From IMG/VR virus record IMGVR_UViG_3300045988_159113: DNA of 64,000 nt; one strand, written 5' to 3'. Shown piece after piece: positions 52,132 to 60,100 of this stretch. The notes beneath the pieces are model-generated. The model was given only the letters and a program-made list of their open reading frames with translations, was not told where the DNA came from and did no database searches. The stretch is from a virus. Made by a program: the position numbers and the translations under genes. Within the stretch, counting starts at the first letter, position 1, and every line of letters starts with the position of its first letter.

Positions 52132-53026
52132 TAAAGCACAGACAACAAAAAAACTGCTTACATCAAAAGCAGGAAAGAAAGGAATCCAATGGACAGTTGG
52201 ATAGGTGAAGAAAGGAATCACCTGGCTTGGAGGAGGACAAGGTAAAGTAAATCGGAAAGCAGAATAGTATGTCGAAAAACAAGCTGAATCACTAAAGAAA
52301 GCAAAATCAGCATAGAGTAAGGCAACACGCAATCTGAATAAATCAATAGAAAGCGTGACTGGAACAAAATGGTCAAGCCGAAATGGATATCCTCAAATGA
52401 CAGGAGAATTGGCAGAAATGAAAGCTGCAAGAGATTTGCTTGCTAGAAATACAGCAAGAGAAGCAAAAGCATTCAAGAAAATGTCCGGTCTTGCAAGACA
52501 AAAAGCAGAAGACGAAGTACTTAGATCTGGACTCACACGTGCAGGGATCGGAGGCGCAGCACTACTTGCCGGTATACCTGTATATAACGCTCTGACAGAT
52601 GAACCAGAAATGTATGATGCTAGTAATCTGCAAGCAATTGAACCAGAAGTGATTGAACCCGAAACATTACCTGGATCAGGAGTAGAAAGCCTCAGATATT
52701 ACGCAAGAGATACAGACCCATACTGGAATAATGGGAACCCTATCATACAAAATTCAGATGGCACACTCTTCATAAATGGACAACAGTTCGACGATAGAGA
52801 TAAAGCCGCAGCAGCTGCAGCAGGATTCGATAATGTGTTCGATTATAAAGCGGCAAGAGCAGGACTGAGCAGCAGAGAAGAAGTTGCGGAATTACAACGG
52901 CAACTAGGATTGAAACCCGATGGACTGTTTGGAATAAATACAGAAAAAGCATACTACGATTATATGAGATCAAATCCACAAGAAGTGGCAGATCGATATA
53001 TATCTGACGGATGGATACAAGTGTAA
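52124..53026 (+). CDS. Protein with a C-terminal peptidoglycan-binding-like motif (300 aa)
   Basis: The ATG at 52124 is in frame with ORF 52355-53026. 3 TAGs. It contains VAELQRQLGLKPDGLFGINTEKAY. Confidence 0.65.
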
Positions 53027-53032
53027 AAATAA

Positions 53033-53061
53033 AAGGAGACCAGAAATGGCCTCCTTTTTTT
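53033..53061 (+). terminator. Intrinsic terminator
   Basis: AAAGGAGACC-agaaat-GGCCTCCTTTTTTT. Confidence 0.6.
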
Positions 53062-53079
53062 ATGCCCCCCCCCTGGGGT

Positions 53080-54021
53080 TTATTTACGAAAAATATTTCC
53101 TCCCCTCTTCTAATATAAAACAAACGGCTGTAAAAATTCGACTTGACCAGACTATCCAATTCTAGCACTTCCAGGATAAATCCGCTTGTTCCAAACATCT
53201 ACAAACGCAGCCTTCTACTAAGGACTAACAGCAGCCTTCCACATGTCATATAAATCCTTATTATGAACAGCCGTATTGTTTAGCTCAGTGAAAGCATTTC
53301 TCGAAAATCTTAGTGCATTACCATCTCTAGCACCCTGTCTGACAATAGCAGCATAACTGTCAGGGCTTAAACCAGATTTGTGAAGACCCTTGTCCGCCAC
53401 ATCTTCCAATAAGACTTTCACAGCACCACGATGAGAACCCTGGTTCTTCATGAAACTACCCAATGGAGCAGATGCAAAATCTCCGGATAAATAAGTACCA
53501 GGACGTACAATCTCACGAATAGTAGACCAAAAAGTACGCATGTCTTCCTTCGGAATGACATTCCCCAACTCATCTAAAACCTTACCAGTGTCCTGCTTAT
53601 ACTCAACACCAGGAGGAGTCAAAATGACATTCATCGTACCGTTCTCATATGGAGTAGCTGATAAAGTGCCCCAACCAGCCTTTCCACCATTAGATGGAGT
53701 AACACCATAACCAGGTAATACCTTACCACTAGAAGGAAGAAATACTTTCTTCCCATCCGGCATTGTTATCAAACCATCAAGAGTACGCTTCGGGCCAGAT
53801 TGAATCATATGCCTAACACCAGGAATATCACCAGGCTTCGCAATATCACGCCAAACATAACGCTTGCCATCAAATAAAAACTTGTCTGCCTTAGACTAAG
53901 TAGAAACCCATTTCTCATAATCCTGCAAAGCAGCACGCTGAAATTTGTTTAAAGAGCCATAAGCTCCCTTAGATAAACCCAAAATCTCACGAAGAGAGCG
54001 AGAAACTATTTTCGAATTCAT
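53080..54021 (-). CDS. Hypothetical late protein (313 aa)
   Basis: The ATG at 54021 is in frame with ORF 53218-53808 through 1 TAG. The ORF 'end' is a tandem TAG-TAG, followed by 44 more codons (2 more TAGs) to a TAA at 53080. Confidence 0.6.
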
Positions 54022-54094
54022 TTTTTTTCGCAATTTTAGTATTTATTTCGAACACGAGTGGAGACCATATGTGTCCACCCCCGGGGGTGTCCAC

Positions 54095-54108
54095 AAAAAA
54101 AAATAGTC
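54095..54108 (+). promoter_or_regulatory. Degenerate copy of the early-cassette motif (AAAAAAAAATAGTC)
   Basis: It shares the AAATAGTC half and the downstream CGTATGTAAGT with copy 55797-55813. Confidence 0.35.
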
Positions 54109-54289
54109 TTTCAAGTCGTATGTAAGTTTCTGACGAAACGTGAACGTTCATGGTTTCGGTCGGTGCGACTTGAAGTTGGTTCAGCACCTAAAATAAGAAA
54201 CTGACATTTTAACCTTACGGCTCACTTTGCACTGCAAGGAGTGAGACCGATAACTATTGCAGAGGGTGGGTGAAAGACCCACTAAAAAG

Positions 54290-54685
54290 ATGAAAACAGG
54301 ATTTATCAATGCAACAATAAAGATTTTATGGCCTGAGACTGAAGAGGCCACAAAATCTTTCATCTTCGGGGTTTACGACTTCGAAGAGGAAAAGGCAATG
54401 GACTTTATGGCAAGGCAAATAACCTATGCCATGAAGTCCATTGACCACGAGTTCCTTTTGAGGAATGCGGCTGATTGGCTGCTCGGACCCGATGAGATTG
54501 GGTCCGATGACCCTATTTTTTTACGCCCAGAAAAAGGGCATAAGAAGATGGTGGCATCTGGCCCTGGCTGTGTTCAAAACAAGGCTTATTGCCTTGTAAT
54601 TGAATATGGAATGAACGAGAACGAAACTGCGGATGAATTTGACCCACAGATGTTCGCGAAAATGGTTGATGAATTTCTCAAATAA
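54290..54685 (+). CDS. Small early-block protein (131 aa)
   Basis: First ATG of track ORF 54257-54685. TAA stop, no TAG. FIFGVYDFEEEKAMDF resembles LRFGVYDLDSKDLLF of 55905-56210. Confidence 0.6.
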   Translation: MKTGFINATIKILWPETEEATKSFIFGVYDFEEEKAMDFMARQITYAMKSIDHEFLLRNAADWLLGPDEIGSDDPIFLRPEKGHKKMVASGPGCVQNKAYCLVIEYGMNENETADEFDPQMFAKMVDEFLK

Positions 54686-54703
54686 CATCAACCAACGACA
54701 ACC

Positions 54704-54743
54704 AGCACAGCAGGCATCCTACTTTTGGGGTGCTTGCTGTGCT
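54704..54743 (+). terminator. Intrinsic terminator
   Basis: AGCACAGCAGGCA...TGCTTGCTGTGCT followed by TTTTAATTTT. Confidence 0.65.
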
Positions 54744-54752
54744 TTTAATTTT

Positions 54753-54770
54753 AAACGTCTCAAAATAGTC
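54753..54770 (+). promoter_or_regulatory. Early-cassette motif copy (AAACGTCTCAAAATAGTC)
   Basis: It follows a terminator directly and lies about 140 nt upstream of the next ATG. Confidence 0.5.
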
Positions 54771-54911
54771 TTTGTATACGTTAGTATATACCTGACGGTA
54801 TAAGCACGTCATTCGGTTCATTCCCGAATTAAAACAATAGAATGGCGCACTTTGAGTGGTTCAACGCAACAAGGCAACCACACAAGTTTAACCTTGTAAA
54901 AACAAAGAAAC

Positions 54912-55196
54912 ATGAAACAAGGACAGACTTTTGAGGTGGTTGGCGTCATAAAAAATGCCAGCCAACCTTATCTTGTGCTCTCTCTTGCCATAGGCAATGG
55001 AGAAACGCATGAAGTGGCATGCGTGCCATTCAACAAGTTTCTCCAATGTGAGAGACTTGGAGAGATTATTTCTAACGTTGATGGTCAGTGTACCATTGAT
55101 GAAATAGAAAAACTGATTGATAATGTGAGAGGTGAAAAACCTTTCACTCTTGCCGTAGCAATATACGGTGAAGTTGAGCATTACATTGGCTTCTAA
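54912..55196 (+). CDS. Small early-block protein (94 aa)
   Basis: Intact track ORF with an A-rich leader (AAAAACAAAGAAACATG) and a TAA stop. Confidence 0.65.
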   Translation: MKQGQTFEVVGVIKNASQPYLVLSLAIGNGETHEVACVPFNKFLQCERLGEIISNVDGQCTIDEIEKLIDNVRGEKPFTLAVAIYGEVEHYIGF

Positions 55197-55216
55197 ATAA
55201 AGCAGTTAATGCTCAA

Positions 55217-55251
55217 GCCTACCCGCTACACTTCGTGTGTGGCGGGCAGGC
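55217..55251 (+). terminator. Intrinsic terminator
   Basis: GCCTACCCGCTACAC-ttcg-TGTGTGGCGGGCAGGC. Confidence 0.6.
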
Positions 55252-55263
55252 ATTCTTAAAACT

Positions 55264-55280
55264 AAAACGTCAAACTAGTC
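55264..55280 (+). promoter_or_regulatory. Early-cassette motif copy (AAAACGTCAAACTAGTC)
   Basis: Same position relative to terminator and ATG as the other copies. Confidence 0.5.
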
Positions 55281-55420
55281 TGCAAAACGTTTGTATCTCT
55301 AAGACGTGAGAACGTCACGGCTATCATCCTTGCATTTCCGTACTTTTGTTGTGTTTCTGAAAGCAAGGGCAGAAATACATGGGATATTTAAGTTTCACCC
55401 AATAAAGAAAAAGAAGAGAC

Positions 55421-55732
55421 ATGAAAGAAAACAAGAAAGATTGGACTTGGGCAACCAAGTCTAATGAGGTCGAGTCGCTTGTTCCAGACCTCGAGATTGG
55501 GCGTACTTATACAGTGCAGCCCATGGGAGCTGAAAAGCTCCCTAATGGCAGACATGCCGTAATGGTTTACGTCTGCGAACTGGGAGAGTTCAGAACTTTC
55601 CCAATAGGTTGCTTTGGGAAACACATTTTCACACTTGGTGAAGAGTTTTCCAAAGCAAAGTTCCATGTCGTTGTCTCTAAAGCAGAGATAAACGGCAAAA
55701 TGACTAAATCTTGGAAAGTTGAGTTGGCATGA
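55421..55732 (+). CDS. Small early-block protein (103 aa)
   Basis: Intact track ORF with an A-rich leader and a TGA stop. Confidence 0.65.
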   Translation: MKENKKDWTWATKSNEVESLVPDLEIGRTYTVQPMGAEKLPNGRHAVMVYVCELGEFRTFPIGCFGKHIFTLGEEFSKAKFHVVVSKAEINGKMTKSWKVELA

Positions 55733-55755
55733 GCCAACTCTTCTTTTCTTTTATC

Positions 55756-55787
55756 GCATCGCTCCTTGGCATATAGGGAGCGGTGCT
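55756..55787 (+). terminator. Intrinsic terminator
   Basis: GCATCGCTCC-ttggcatata-GGGAGCGGTGC followed by TTTG. Confidence 0.55.
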
Positions 55788-55796
55788 TTGAAACTT

Positions 55797-55813
55797 AAAC
55801 GTCAAAAATAGTC
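55797..55813 (+). promoter_or_regulatory. Early-cassette motif copy (AAACGTCAAAAATAGTC)
   Basis: Same context as the other copies. Confidence 0.5.
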
Positions 55814-55904
55814 TACTATCGTATGTAAGTACGTGAGCGTACAAACGTACAATCCTGCGGTTGCCATTGCGCAGTTTATCAGTGGCGAACTTAATTTCCT
55901 ACAT

Positions 55905-56210
55905 ATGGAAAATTTTAAGGAGACAAACCCCAAGGAATATTTGAGATTTGGGGTTTATGACTTGGACAGCAAGGACTTGTTGTTCATTGCCATCCAAGGT
56001 TTCTTTGCATCAACAGCGTGGTGCAAAGGAGATAAAGAATATAACGCTGTAATGGGCCAAAAGTTTGAGGCTATTACCTCTGACGACGGCAAAAGTTGGA
56101 GTTTAGACCGCGCTAACATTAGGCGCGTGTCCAACAAGGAGCAGTTTGATAGACTCCTCAAGGACTCCTGCAAGGAATTCAAAGACATTGCTGCAAAATA
56201 TATGCAGTGA
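55905..56210 (+). CDS. Small early-block protein (101 aa; the track start at 55833 is a non-ATG codon)
   Basis: First ATG of ORF 55833-56210. TGA stop. Confidence 0.55.
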   Translation: MENFKETNPKEYLRFGVYDLDSKDLLFIAIQGFFASTAWCKGDKEYNAVMGQKFEAITSDDGKSWSLDRANIRRVSNKEQFDRLLKDSCKEFKDIAAKYMQ

Positions 56211-56214
56211 TGAA

Positions 56215-56250
56215 TGCGCGAGTAACCATACAAGGTTGCTCGCGCTTTTT
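56215..56250 (+). terminator. Intrinsic terminator
   Basis: GCGCGAGTAACC...GGTTGCTCGCGC followed by TTTTT. Confidence 0.6.
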
Positions 56251-56257
56251 AATTTCT

Positions 56258-56274
56258 AAAACGTAAAAGTAGTC
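56258..56274 (+). promoter_or_regulatory. Early-cassette motif copy (AAAACGTAAAAGTAGTC)
   Basis: Same context as the other copies. Confidence 0.5.
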
Positions 56275-56410
56275 GTCCGTATACGTCTGTATATGCTTGC
56301 GCATAAACGTCCACCCTTTGGACTGATTGCGTACTATCCCACAAAACTTTGCTGACTGAGTGCAAGGTGGGCAGGGGATAGTTTTTGTTGTTCTTCTAAA
56401 AACAAGAAAC

Positions 56411-56914
56411 ATGGAAGAAAAGACAACAAAGCGCCCAAGGCGCGTAATGGTCAGTGAGGGCAAGCTGCTCATCATGACCGAACTCCCTTTTATAGAGGGA
56501 GAACCAAGACCATGCACTAACTTCTTTAAGGCTTATAATGGCAAGGCAGCAGCACTTGCCATAGAAGCATTAAAGGAGCGTGTAAACGTGTGCATTTCAA
56601 CCTTACAACACAACTTGAATAAAGTTTCACGTGTTGGCGTTCAAGGGGCAGAATGGGGCACAGGGCACTTTTCAATGGCAGCATACGAAGCCATGGAGGA
56701 AAGCATAGAGCGCCTAATAGATGGACAACTCCCAACTCGTTTGGGCGCTATCCAAACGCTTAAAGCCATGAGGGAGGTGACCTATGCTTGTAATACCTAT
56801 AGGGTAATTACAGAGAGAGCGAGCAATCTAAAGATGAATTATCCAGAATTTTCTGACGTTAAAACTTTCATCTTTAACGTTATGTGTGAGGTGGCGATAA
56901 TGGGAGAGGATTAA
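56411..56914 (+). CDS. Early-block protein (167 aa)
   Basis: First ATG (MEEKTTKRPRR) of ORF 56360-56914. A-rich leader and TAA stop. Confidence 0.6.
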   Translation: MEEKTTKRPRRVMVSEGKLLIMTELPFIEGEPRPCTNFFKAYNGKAAALAIEALKERVNVCISTLQHNLNKVSRVGVQGAEWGTGHFSMAAYEAMEESIERLIDGQLPTRLGAIQTLKAMREVTYACNTYRVITERASNLKMNYPEFSDVKTFIFNVMCEVAIMGED

Positions 56915-56989
56915 GCACCATCTCATATCCCCAAGTGGGGAGCGGTACAATGTGCCGTTCCCCACGATATTGGGCTTTTTGTAAAATTC

Positions 56990-57041
56990 AAAACGTCAAA
57001 AGAGTCATCTGTATAGTATATTCTAAAACGTTAAAATAGTC
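56990..57041 (+). promoter_or_regulatory. Two tandem early-cassette motif copies (56990-57006 and 57025-57041)
   Basis: AAAACGTCAAAAGAGTC and AAAACGTTAAAATAGTC, 35 nt apart, downstream of a hairpin at about 56938-56975. Confidence 0.5.
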
Positions 57042-57160
57042 CTAAAATCGTCTGTATTTTATTGACTTCGTCAATAAGCGTCCTGCCCTTTCGGGGTAGC
57101 CCTCAGGATTGCTTAATGTTGTACACCAATTAGGGGCTATTGGTAAAAATTCCTAACAAT

Positions 57161-57775
57161 ATGATACAAGGAGTTTTTGAAGGCGATGCCTTCGCAGCAG
57201 TGCTCAATGCTACGTTTGCGTTGAGCGCAACACGGCTTCCTGTCAACAAGCCGTTTTTCGTGGTTGGTAGTTCTATCGTTTCGCTCAAAAACGACAAGGG
57301 CGAGATGATAATGAACAGGGACGGAAACCCCATGCCGTTCCCCGTTCTCCTTATTCGCTTTGCGAAGAAAGGAGATAGCGCACCAACAAAATGCGCAGCC
57401 AACAAGACCCCAACAAAGGTACAACGCTTCCCCGCTGAGGTAGTTACCGCAACCATTCCCGCAGGGGAGGGAGTGGTCAACGAGACCTTGTTTCTGTCAA
57501 CCATTACGCGTGACGTGAGAGATGCGGTTGACGAGGCAAACCAGTTTGTGCGCATACAGCACACTGGTGTGGCTGCTGATGCGGCACGTGCAGCGCAGGC
57601 TGCTAACGACACGAACGAGAAGGCTCTTGTGCGCGTCTGCAAGGCTATTTATGCCATGCAAGACGAAGGCAAGTGTTGGGTGTTGAAACCCAACGACTGC
57701 GCCAAGTTGACAAGAGATGGCAGACGTTACCCTGCCATCTATGTCAACTTGGAGTCGGCAGCAATACCGACATAA
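57161..57775 (+). CDS. Early-block protein (204 aa) in a GC-richer island
   Basis: First ATG (MIQGVFEGDAF) of ORF 57140-57775. TAA stop. The antisense ORFs 57130-57642 are probably GC-driven shadows. Confidence 0.6.
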   Translation: MIQGVFEGDAFAAVLNATFALSATRLPVNKPFFVVGSSIVSLKNDKGEMIMNRDGNPMPFPVLLIRFAKKGDSAPTKCAANKTPTKVQRFPAEVVTATIPAGEGVVNETLFLSTITRDVRDAVDEANQFVRIQHTGVAADAARAAQAANDTNEKALVRVCKAIYAMQDEGKCWVLKPNDCAKLTRDGRRYPAIYVNLESAAIPT

Positions 57776-57800
57776 GCCGTACCTTTTCCCTATACTCGCA

Positions 57801-57833
57801 CCCCTTTGCTCCTATGTGGGCAAGGGGTGCTTG
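57801..57833 (+). terminator. Intrinsic terminator
   Basis: GCACCCCTTTGC-tcctatgtg-GGCAAGGGGTGC. Confidence 0.55.
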
Positions 57834-57882
57834 CCTATCACACACACACACACCACGCGAAACTAACATGTCTCCGACATGT

Positions 57883-57898
57883 AAACGTCAAAATAGTC
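57883..57898 (+). promoter_or_regulatory. Early-cassette motif copy (AAACGTCAAAATAGTC)
   Basis: Same context as the other copies, 129 nt upstream of ATG 58027. Confidence 0.5.
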
Positions 57899-58026
57899 AA
57901 GTGTATTCGGCTGCCTGTCCTTGACGGTATCTGGTGCTCCGTCGTTAAATGTATTAGCACCACAAAGACGGTATATGGCGTTCCGTCTATAAATGTATTA
58001 ACGCCACAAATTAAAAGATTACGATC

Positions 58027-58584
58027 ATGATCGATCCAGAAGTCGAGCTCACTAGAGCTCTTGAGAACCCTGACAATGTGAAGGGTTCCTCTTTCACCGG
58101 CGCAATGCGCAGCGGTGAGATGTTAAACACCGTAGATGGCGATGTCATCATTATGCCTGCTTCTCTCGAGGAGCTTGATGGCAAGATCATCACGCACAAG
58201 AACTTGCGCAATGCGCAGAGTATCATGTGCCGTGCCATCAACAACGGTGTTGAGAAAGTTGTGGAATTTTGGCCTAACTCTTTGTGCCGTGTTGGCCAGG
58301 AGTATACCAAGGCTGACTTCGAGGGTGCTATTGCTCACCGCACTGGCAACACATTCCCCAACGAGGGCGAAGTAGTGGATACAGTCAAGAACTGTCCCAC
58401 TGTTGCTAAGGCTATGGAGCAGCTGTATGGTAAGGCCATCAAATTCACCAAGCTCAAGGACTACACAACAGTCCGTTTCGGTACAAACGACCTTCGTGAT
58501 ACCAACAGTTGGACCATTGAGTTTGTTCCGGTGCCTGGTGCTGCTCCTACTCGTCCATCAGGTGGTAGTCGTTCACGCCGTTGA
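58027..58584 (+). CDS. Early-block protein (185 aa) with an Arg/Ser-rich tail
   Basis: Intact track ORF with a TGA stop. C-terminus ..GAAPTRPSGGSRSRR. Confidence 0.65.
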   Translation: MIDPEVELTRALENPDNVKGSSFTGAMRSGEMLNTVDGDVIIMPASLEELDGKIITHKNLRNAQSIMCRAINNGVEKVVEFWPNSLCRVGQEYTKADFEGAIAHRTGNTFPNEGEVVDTVKNCPTVAKAMEQLYGKAIKFTKLKDYTTVRFGTNDLRDTNSWTIEFVPVPGAAPTRPSGGSRSRR

Positions 58585-58596
58585 GAACTGTATTCG

Positions 58597-58633
58597 GGAG
58601 GCTATGCAGTGAGAACTGCATAGTCCTCTTTGA
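58597..58633 (+). terminator. Intrinsic terminator
   Basis: GAGGCTATGCAG-tgagaa-CTGCATAGTCCTC followed by TTTG. Confidence 0.6.
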
Positions 58634-58642
58634 TGGTACAAA

Positions 58643-58707
58643 AATCCCTGTCAGGCAGAATAGCTGTCCCGTAAATGTATACGGGTGGTTTCTACTTGAC
58701 AGGGATT
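58643..58707 (+). ncRNA. Y-shaped, tRNA-like structure lacking a T-arm (tentative)
   Basis: An 11-bp closing stem AATCCCTGTCA/TGACAGGGATT encloses a D-arm-like GGCA-gaatagc-TGTC and a hairpin CCCGTA-aatg..-TACGGG. Confidence 0.35.
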
Positions 58708-58908
58708 GTATTCTCAAATTCGTACGTCGCCATGGTTGAGTATCAGCACTTTAGTAACGGTGGAATAATTTATTGCACTGGTTCTGGTCTCGAATGTAAT
58801 GATGCGGAGTTGGTGCGTGTTGCCTTACGTCGTGAATACGACAGTACAGGTTTAGCGTACCAACTTCGTATTTTGGAAATTGCGTCCCAACTTGGGATAC
58901 ACTTATAG
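58675..58908 (+). CDS. Possible small ORF (77 aa) overlapping the structured-RNA region
   Basis: Track ORF only. There is no A-rich leader. It ends in TAG, which would be the only TAG terminator in the window. Confidence 0.25.
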   Translation: MYTGGFYLTGIVFSNSYVAMVEYQHFSNGGIIYCTGSGLECNDAELVRVALRREYDSTGLAYQLRILEIASQLGIHL

Positions 58909-58951
58909 CCTGTGTTATGGAAAACGACATGTTCGAGTCATGTCACAGGCA
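58885..58951 (+). ncRNA. Degenerate copy of the hairpin plus tRNA-like minihelix element
   Basis: The hairpin TCCCA-act-TGGGA is followed by TA. The minihelix is GCCTGTG ..12 nt.. ACATG-TTCGAGT-CATGT CACAGGC A. Confidence 0.5.
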
Positions 58952-58972
58952 CTTTTGTATCATATTGTCATA

Positions 58973-59047
58973 ATCACACGGTCTGTGAAGATAGTGTGGT
59001 TTTAATTCCCTGAGTGGTATAACCAGGTTCGAATCCTGGCAGGGGAA
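58973..59047 (+). ncRNA. Hairpin plus tRNA-like acceptor/T-arm minihelix element, copy E0
   Basis: The hairpin is ATCACAC GG TCT-GTGA-AGA TA GTGTGGT. The minihelix is TTCCCTG ..10 nt.. CCAGG-TTCGAAT-CCTGG CAGGGGA A. Confidence 0.65.
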
Positions 59048-59075
59048 CGAATTTTAAAAAATTCAAAATAAAGTA

Positions 59076-59240
59076 ATGCAATACATCGCTTACCTCTGGA
59101 ACGGTAGGACTCATGACAAGTATGCCATGTTGTCTTACGTTGGAGAGGAAGAGTTGGATGCTTTCAAAAAGAGAGTGAAGTCATGCTATCCCTATACTCA
59201 GGGATGGTATGCTGAATTCTCTGTTTTTGAGAGAATCTAA
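59076..59240 (+). CDS. Small protein (54 aa; too short to appear in the track)
   Basis: ATG at 59076: MQYIAYLWNGRTHDKYAMLSYVGEEELDAFKKRVKSCYPYTQGWYAEFSVFERI, then TAA at 59238. Confidence 0.4.
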   Translation: MQYIAYLWNGRTHDKYAMLSYVGEEELDAFKKRVKSCYPYTQGWYAEFSVFERI

Positions 59241-59318
59241 CTCGACTTGGGTTATGCTTCCCAAGGTGTAGACAAAAAGCAACCTTTCAACAAAAAATAA
59301 ACAAAAAAAACAAAGAAG

Positions 59319-59699
59319 ATGAAAAATTCGAAAATTCATGATTGCAAGATTGTTGATGATGTATCTATACACAACTCTATTCTTAGAGAGTCTCGTATAG
59401 GAGGCATTTCCAACATCGTTAATTCGACAGTCTGCAATTGTATTATTAACGATTGTGTGATTAGAAATTGTACTGTGAAGGCTTCTGTCCTTCGCAATGC
59501 AATAATAAATGGCAAAGAATGCTGTGTTAGCTTGAAATTAGGCCAAATGGCATGTGTGCCAAAAGCATACAAGAGTTATGCAGTAACGATAGACAACGAC
59601 CGTATAAACATGCTCTTTATTTCCGACAAGAACGTGTGGGAATTTGATGTGTGTTCACCAGAAGAGCTGCTAATTGCGCTCAAATTCCATCGTGTATGA
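59319..59699 (+). CDS. Hexapeptide-repeat (left-handed beta-helix-like) protein, paralog of 61688-62116
   Basis: Intact ORF. Six-residue periodicity IHDCKI VDDVSI HNSILR ESRIGG ISNIVN STVCNC IINDCV IRNCTV. The C-terminal ..NVWEFDV..ELLIALKFH matches ..GVWAFSK..FLDFIKDY in the paralog. Confidence 0.65.
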   Translation: MKNSKIHDCKIVDDVSIHNSILRESRIGGISNIVNSTVCNCIINDCVIRNCTVKASVLRNAIINGKECCVSLKLGQMACVPKAYKSYAVTIDNDRINMLFISDKNVWEFDVCSPEELLIALKFHRV

Positions 59700-59923
59700 T
59701 ATGGTCCACTTCCGATGACTCCAAACTCCTCGAGTTGTGGAGTCATCACTACACTGTCAATGCTATCTGCTCAATATTGGGCAGAAGCAAAAGCAGCGTA
59801 TATAAACGCATAGAGAGGTTAAAAACAAACAAAAAAAACAAAGATGAACACAAACGAATTTCTTGGCAAAGTGCTTCCAAGAACTGCTATGTCCAAAGAG
59901 GAGATGGCAAAGACCGTCTCTGA
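59696..59923 (+). CDS. Small Myb/SANT-like HTH protein (75 aa)
   Basis: Start is an ATGA overlap. Sequence MIWSTSDDSKLLELWSHHYTVNAICSILGRSKSSVYKRIERL. The 3' part overlaps the next ORF. Confidence 0.45.
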   Translation: MIWSTSDDSKLLELWSHHYTVNAICSILGRSKSSVYKRIERLKTNKKNKDEHKRISWQSASKNCYVQRGDGKDRL

Positions 59924-60047
59924 TGCGAGTGAAGACTCGCTATTCCGCGATGTCGAGAAGTCAGCCAGAATGATGGGTGACAACTCCGGCATCTGTGGAA
60001 TGTTGAGCTCTGAGGAGGTTTCCGAAACTGCTTCGCGCCTCTTCTAA
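59844..60047 (+). CDS. Small acidic protein (67 aa)
   Basis: Track ORF. The leader AAACAAAAAAAACAAAGATG is nearly identical to the leader of 59319. Confidence 0.55.
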   Translation: MNTNEFLGKVLPRTAMSKEEMAKTVSDASEDSLFRDVEKSARMMGDNSGICGMLSSEEVSETASRLF

Positions 60048-60100
60048 TCCTATAAGCCCTGCCGTGTATTACGGCGGGGCAACCTTTAACATTAAGAAAC

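Noticed and set aside
1-54021. The fragmented late-region ORFs could be pseudogenes or a degraded prophage
   Set aside because: The fragments keep one frame across TAGs only. TAA and TGA never interrupt them. The merged lengths are multiples of 3 and end in coupled start-stop overlaps. A tRNA(CUA) is present. Recoding explains everything, and decay does not.
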